Assembly: GCA_902767175.1 (NCBI GenBank)
Contig: CACXGH010000241.1
Span: 1-31,687, forward strand
DNA from: an uncultured Ruminococcus sp.
GTDB lineage: Bacteria; Bacillota; Clostridia; Oscillospirales; Acutalibacteraceae
Direction: 5' to 3'
Length of the DNA stretch: 31,687 bases
This document shows positions 27,586 through 31,687 of this stretch, in pieces. The first letter of the stretch is position 1, and each line of letters starts with the position of its first letter. A program made the position numbers and the translations under genes. The notes beneath the pieces are model-generated. The model had not been told where the DNA came from. It ran no database searches and saw only the letters and a list, made by a program, of their open reading frames with translations.

Positions 27586-29208
27586 CTACTGCGGTACGGT
27601 ATGTATTATTGCTGTAAGACCTACATTATTGCAGAAGAATTCATGACTGCAGCTATATCCCTTTTCTTCAAGGAATTCATTCAGCCATTCTTCCCAATTT
27701 GTAATAAAGCTATTATATGCTTCCTCATTTTCAAACCGTAAAGACAGGGTATTTGAAACACCGTCTGAATATTTTTTTTCGAGTATTTCCCTGCAGACTG
27801 TCTCAGTGTCCTGTTCTGCCGGTATAAAAAGACCGTTCATAATATGATAGTTGAGCTTTTCGGAGCTGCATTCAGGCACACCAAGGTCTAAAAAAACATC
27901 ATATACAGTTCTTGTTTTATATATCACGCTGTCACATTCATTGAAAAAACTGTACAGCGGAAGAACAAACTGTGACGGATAGCTTTTCAGATTGTCTGCA
28001 GCAAGGTCTACATGATAATATTCACCGTCAAGCTTGATTATGTTCCATGAATGGCTTGAATACATTGCATTATTATCCCACAGCGGCTGACCTGCCAATG
28101 TAATGCATTCTATTCCAAGCTCATTCATGCACCATGCGAAGGACTTGCTGATACCCTCACATCTGCCTTCATGCTCTATCAGTACTCCGTAAACCGATCC
28201 TGCCATTTTAGTCTGCTCGTTGAAAACCGTCTCAGTAAACAGCTTATCAAATACATATTTTTCCTTCTCGAGATCACTCAGACCAATGACTTCGCTTTTC
28301 AGCTCCGTTATATATTCTTCTATTTTATTAAAGCATTCCTTATATTCGGAGTTGTCCATATTATAATAAAGTCCTACTCCGCTTATATTGCCTTCACTGT
28401 CATATTCAGGCATATAGTCACCCGTTACATGGATAAGTTCCGGGCAGTCATAATTCAGCAGCCACATAAGCCTTTCAAGCTCAAAAGATGGGATAGGCTT
28501 TGTAAACTCCGCTTTTTTTTCAAATGCCGCTGCAGCAGTGTATAATTCCGCAAAGTCATCCTTTTCCTGATCTGTCAGCCTCGGATAGAAAAATTTATAT
28601 TCGGTTTTCATTATGTTTTTCTTCTTATCCGTCTGGTTGCTGCTTTCATCATTATGAGAGCTTTCTTCAGAGGATTCCGGTGCGGACGGCTCACCTGCGG
28701 AGTTGTCTGACGAGCTTTCAGCCGGACCCGGTTCTGACTCCTCAGTCTGCATAGAAGTTGTCAGAATTTTTGTATAATCATTCCGGCTGCAGGTTATCAT
28801 TATGGTGTCTCCGCCTCTGTAGATGCTGCTGAAATATCCTTGTATAGAACTGCTGTACTCTTCGCCGTCGATCCGGTAACTGACTGATACCGTACGCAGT
28901 CCTGTTGTACTGTTAATATCAATAGCGGTTATTGTGGCCATGCAGTCTATTGAAGAAGGCTCAGCATCAGAAGAAGAAGAATCCTGTATAGAGGTTTCAT
29001 GCGAAGAAGCTTCGTCTTCTGATGACTGCTCATTACTTTCGGCACGGCTGACCGATGTTGTCTCTGATACGGGAGCGCTTGTTATGTCCGGGCTTTGTGA
29101 GACATCAAATATTTTGCTGCTGTTTGTTTTGCCTGTGCATCCGCCTGCTATTAAAGAAACCGCAAGAACGGACACGAGAAATAATGCGGTTTTATTGATT
29201 TTTTTCAT
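27586..29208 (-). CDS. Lipoprotein with DUF3592-like module, Ser/Glu-rich linkers and transglutaminase-like domain
   Basis: ATG at 29208 (GAGGA/AAGG upstream), signal peptide with lipobox IAGG-C, triad GRCEGISK / HSWN / YHVD. The longer ORF-track start (29634) lies inside the upstream gene. Confidence 0.8.
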   Translation of the reverse strand: MKKINKTALFLVSVLAVSLIAGGCTGKTNSSKIFDVSQSPDITSAPVSETTSVSRAESNEQSSEDEASSHETSIQDSSSSDAEPSSIDCMATITAIDINSTTGLRTVSVSYRIDGEEYSSSIQGYFSSIYRGGDTIMITCSRNDYTKILTTSMQTEESEPGPAESSSDNSAGEPSAPESSEESSHNDESSNQTDKKKNIMKTEYKFFYPRLTDQEKDDFAELYTAAAAFEKKAEFTKPIPSFELERLMWLLNYDCPELIHVTGDYMPEYDSEGNISGVGLYYNMDNSEYKECFNKIEEYITELKSEVIGLSDLEKEKYVFDKLFTETVFNEQTKMAGSVYGVLIEHEGRCEGISKSFAWCMNELGIECITLAGQPLWDNNAMYSSHSWNIIKLDGEYYHVDLAADNLKSYPSQFVLPLYSFFNECDSVIYKTRTVYDVFLDLGVPECSSEKLNYHIMNGLFIPAEQDTETVCREILEKKYSDGVSNTLSLRFENEEAYNSFITNWEEWLNEFLEEKGYSCSHEFFCNNVGLTAIIHTVPQ

Positions 29209-29227
29209 CCTTTTATCCTCAGTTAAA

Positions 29228-30391
29228 TTAGTAGCCTTTATACGGTGCATTCGGGTCGAAGGGAGCGTCCATTGAAGCATTGGGGGCACCGTAGCCTGAG
29301 TAGGGAGCATTAGGGTCAAATGGAGCGCCCATAGAAGCGTTTGGAGCACCATAACCCGAATACGGAGCGTTCGGGTCGAAGGGAGCACCCATAGAAGCGT
29401 TTGGAGCACCATAACCTGAATACGGAGCGTTCGGGTCGAAGGGGGCGTCCATAGAAGCATCAGGAGCGCCGTAGCCTGAATACGGAGCATTCGGGTCATA
29501 GGGAGTGTCCATAGAGCCGTCAGGGGCACCGTAACCTGAGTATGTCTGTTGGTTAGTATACGGAGAGCCAAAGGGCGCTGACGGTGATCTTGTATCGGTC
29601 TGAGAATTGCCGTAAGGTGAGTCTGCCGGAGCACCGGGAGATCTCATGTCTGTGTTCTCATTCACGTCAGATTCATATCCTGTAAAGGGAGCGTTGGGAT
29701 CATACTGAGGCTGTCCGGAGCCGTAGCCTGAATATGTGCTGTCGGCACTATATGAAGCATCGTTCAGTATCTGATCCTGCTGATACATAGAATTGTAATC
29801 TATACCTCTGTCAAATACATCAACACCGTCAGATGAATTGTCAAAGCCGCCGTTAACTTCATTCTGCTCCATGACTCGTCTGATATTCTCTTCCATTACT
29901 TCTTTATGAGTCTTTGCGGCAGCCGCTTTTGAGGAATAAATCATTCCGCCGATAGAGCCTATAATAAGCAGGGAATAGAGAACATAGAGGAAAACTCTCT
30001 GCTGTCCCTTGGGGTCGTTCGCAAAATAAAATGTCGAATGATCGTCCTCGCTGTATTTGACCTTTATGTATTTTCCATAGTCAAGCTCGCCTGCCTCACT
30101 TTTTAAGACCTGTCCGAACAGGGGGCAGGTATAAGTTTCATTTTCATTTATAGTTACCTGTATCTGAATGTTGGCGTACACAACCTTGGATTCACCGTTT
30201 TCTTCTATTGTATACATATCGGGTGAGTTGACAACCTTAGCCTGTGCTCTTGGCATATCATCAAGCGGCCGAGAGCTTTTTTTATCGTTTTCTATAGTGA
30301 AATGAAGTGCAAAGCAAAATACCAATATCAGTATAAAGGAAAGGACAACAAAAAAGTATTTTCTCTTGGTTAACTTTTTTATAAATTCCAA
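29228..30391 (-). CDS. Two-TM membrane protein with DUF3592-like loop and C-terminal tandem 20-aa repeats
   Basis: Two hydrophobic helices flanking AQAKV...TY...GKYIKVKYSEDD; low-complexity Y/G/S/P/D/N tail; TTG start with GGGGG RBS. Confidence 0.7.
   Translation of the reverse strand: MEFIKKLTKRKYFFVVLSFILILVFCFALHFTIENDKKSSRPLDDMPRAQAKVVNSPDMYTIEENGESKVVYANIQIQVTINENETYTCPLFGQVLKSEAGELDYGKYIKVKYSEDDHSTFYFANDPKGQQRVFLYVLYSLLIIGSIGGMIYSSKAAAAKTHKEVMEENIRRVMEQNEVNGGFDNSSDGVDVFDRGIDYNSMYQQDQILNDASYSADSTYSGYGSGQPQYDPNAPFTGYESDVNENTDMRSPGAPADSPYGNSQTDTRSPSAPFGSPYTNQQTYSGYGAPDGSMDTPYDPNAPYSGYGAPDASMDAPFDPNAPYSGYGAPNASMGAPFDPNAPYSGYGAPNASMGAPFDPNAPYSGYGAPNASMDAPFDPNAPYKGY
29243..29542 (-). repeat. 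Five in-frame 60-bp tandem repeats (YSGYGAP[D/N]xSMxxP[F/Y]DPNAP)
   Basis: Read directly from the translation; the copies differ at synonymous sites; a degenerate sixth copy lies upstream (YSGYGSGQPQYDPNAP). Confidence 0.95.
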
Positions 30392-30432
30392 GGTAAAACC
30401 CCCAATTACGTCAATATAATATCTTACCCTAT

Positions 30433-30461
30433 ATAATAATATAATATCGGAAAAAATTCAA
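30433..30461 (-). promoter_or_regulatory. sigma-A-type promoter of the DUF3592/transglutaminase operon
   Basis: TTGAAT-N17-TATTAT. Confidence 0.55.
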
Positions 30462-30598
30462 GGATAAAATACTGTCAAAATGATATCATAACAGTCATAA
30501 TGATACGGTATTGACTCCGGTAAGAAAAACGTGAGCTTTTTGCAGATGAATTGTTTTAAAAATACTTTTTTGTGAGATTACAGATGATACTAAACTCT

Positions 30599-30629
30599 AA
30601 TTAAAAGTAGACAAGGTCTACTTTTAATT
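30599..30629. promoter_or_regulatory. Perfect 14-3-14 palindrome, candidate operator
   Basis: AATTAAAAGTAGAC-AAG-GTCTACTTTTAATT. Confidence 0.55.
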
Positions 30630-30672
30630 GCAGTATGACTTGTAATAAATATAGTATAGATTTGGTCATAGT

Positions 30673-30709
30673 AAAAAAACTCCGGACTGAAGATCAGCCC
30701 GGAGTTTTT
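30673..30709 (-). terminator. Rho-independent terminator of the CAP gene
   Basis: Minus strand AAAAACTCCGGGCTGA-TCT-TCAGTCCGGAGTTTTTTT directly after the stop at 30711. Confidence 0.85.
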
Positions 30710-30710
30710 A

Positions 30711-31484
30711 TCAAATAAACAACTGTGTCCAATAGGATCCGTAACCGTCATTATATACGGCATAGCCTACACCGATTTTCTTGAAGTTTTTGTTCAGAAT
30801 ATTGCTTCTGTGTCCCGAGGAATTCATCCAACTGTCAACAACAGCCTTAGGAGTAGCATATCCGGCGGCAATATTTTCAGCTGCTGCGCCGTGAGAAATA
30901 TTATATTCCTTGAAAATGGAATCCCACTGCTTTCCGTTAGGACGGGTATGTGAGAACTTGGTATGTGTTTCAGTAGCTCTCTTGTTTGCAGCCTTACCGA
31001 GTGCGGTTGTAGTTGTCAGCTTGCTGAGTCCTCTTTTAGTTCTCTCTGCATTGACAAGTCTTATAACCTCGTTGATATATGCCTGCTTCTGAGTAATTAC
31101 GGTAACCTTGCAGGTTGCTTTTTTTCCGTTAGCGGTTTTGACCGTGATAGTTGCTGTGCCTGCTTTTACTCCCTTGACCTTTCCGGAGGAATCAACAGTA
31201 GCGATCTTTTTGTTGCTGCTTGTCCATGTGAGCTTTGAGGTGGCTTTTTTGGGAGAGAGGGTTGCCTTAAGCGTCATGGTTTTTCCGACAGTCAAAGTAG
31301 CTGAGGTCTTGTTCAGTGTAACTTTTGTGGGGTTAGTAGCAGTTTCAGATACACTGATACTTACTGTCTGCTCCTGTGTTGCTGCCGCATTGGCAGGTAT
31401 GTAAGCTGTCATAGCAATAGCATTAGCCATAGCAAGTGTCATGGCAACACAGATACCCTTCTTAAAAATGTTCAAATCAAACAC
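30711..31484 (-). CDS. Secreted CAP/SCP-domain protein with bacterial Ig-like (Big_2) domain
   Basis: Signal peptide; Big_2 (VTLNKTSATL.VG...WTSSNKKIATVD..G.V.G.KAG.ATITV); CAP domain (LVNAER...HTRPNG...AENIA...WMNSSGHRSNIL...GVGY). The exact start is uncertain (GTG at 31484 or TTG at 31475). Confidence 0.9.
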   Translation of the reverse strand: MFDLNIFKKGICVAMTLAMANAIAMTAYIPANAAATQEQTVSISVSETATNPTKVTLNKTSATLTVGKTMTLKATLSPKKATSKLTWTSSNKKIATVDSSGKVKGVKAGTATITVKTANGKKATCKVTVITQKQAYINEVIRLVNAERTKRGLSKLTTTTALGKAANKRATETHTKFSHTRPNGKQWDSIFKEYNISHGAAAENIAAGYATPKAVVDSWMNSSGHRSNILNKNFKKIGVGYAVYNDGYGSYWTQLFI

Positions 31485-31513
31485 GTCCTTTCAATGTTTA
31501 TGTTATTATTTAT

Positions 31514-31542
31514 ATAATATCATTAATTTGAAAGAAAAACAA
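31514..31542 (-). promoter_or_regulatory. sigma-A-type promoter of the CAP gene
   Basis: TTGTTT-N17-TATTAT with extended TG. Confidence 0.5.
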
Positions 31543-31610
31543 TATTTTTACATAAAAATATGTGACAAATAAGAGATATATTAGGAATATTACTGAATTT
31601 TTTATAACAA

Positions 31611-31687
31611 GCGTCGATGTCCCCCGCCTCTAAAGGCGGCGGGTGCCATACGTCCGTCGGTGGCGGGTTAAAATCCCCCACCGACGC
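31611..31687. mobile_element. GC-rich double hairpin at the window edge; possible IS200/IS605-type end, REP-like element or structured RNA
   Basis: CCC-CCGCCT-CTAA-AGGCGG-C-GGG and CGTCGGTGG-C-GGG-TTAAAAT-CCC-CCACCGACG, abruptly GC-rich next to an AT-rich intergenic region; no transposase inside the window. Confidence 0.35.

Noticed and set aside
29243-29542. Possible CRISPR or other non-coding repeat array
   Set aside because: The units are in frame, vary mainly at synonymous positions and lie within a CDS.
29209-29634. 142-codon N-terminal extension of the lipoprotein ORF (track ORF 27586..29634), suggesting a dual-coding region or frameshift fusion
   Set aside because: It is an alternative-frame reading of the upstream gene's 60-bp repeats, which happen to lack stops. 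The real start at 29208 has an RBS, signal peptide and lipobox, and I saw no slippery site.
486-31484. All 25 genes on one strand
   Set aside because: Leading-strand co-orientation is ordinary in Firmicutes and is not evidence of a prophage or island; no phage, integrase or att features were seen.
31655-31687. Resemblance of GGCGGGTTAAAATCCCCCACCG to the FMN riboswitch P2 (GGGCGGGGTGAAATTCCCCACCG) or a tRNA T-arm
   Set aside because: It lacks the AGGGC junction and P1 context, it forms an alternative longer perfect stem, and there is no cloverleaf.

Overview
A 31.7-kb chromosomal window from a Ruminococcus-like (Oscillospiraceae-type) Firmicute; the taxon is inferred from gene content and style only. 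All 25 supportable CDSs lie on the minus strand. In transcription order (right to left): a GC-rich double hairpin truncated at the window edge (possible IS200/IS605-type end); a Big_2+CAP secreted protein; a three-gene envelope operon whose products all carry a DUF3592-like module (one with five 20-aa YSGYGAP repeats, one a transglutaminase-like lipoprotein); aroA-aroC-pheA; a nine-gene V/A-type ATPase operon in the order H/G-C-I-K-F-E-A-B-D; folC; a YbjN-like gene; pdaA; a GT-C glycosyltransferase coupled to an Orn/Lys/Arg decarboxylase; a four-gene glycan-modification operon; and a T-box leader (probable Phe specifier) running off the left edge. The glycan operon (486-8564) is the best candidate for an undescribed system. 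It encodes a GlfT2-like galactofuranosyltransferase, a 1348-aa fusion (pyruvyltransferase / 2x[4Fe-4S]+FrhB-like / second pyruvyltransferase / ILEI-PANDER-like domain) and two paralogous hexapeptide acyltransferases. No rRNA, tRNA, CRISPR array or intact transposase was found. All family calls come from motif recognition by eye, not database searches.
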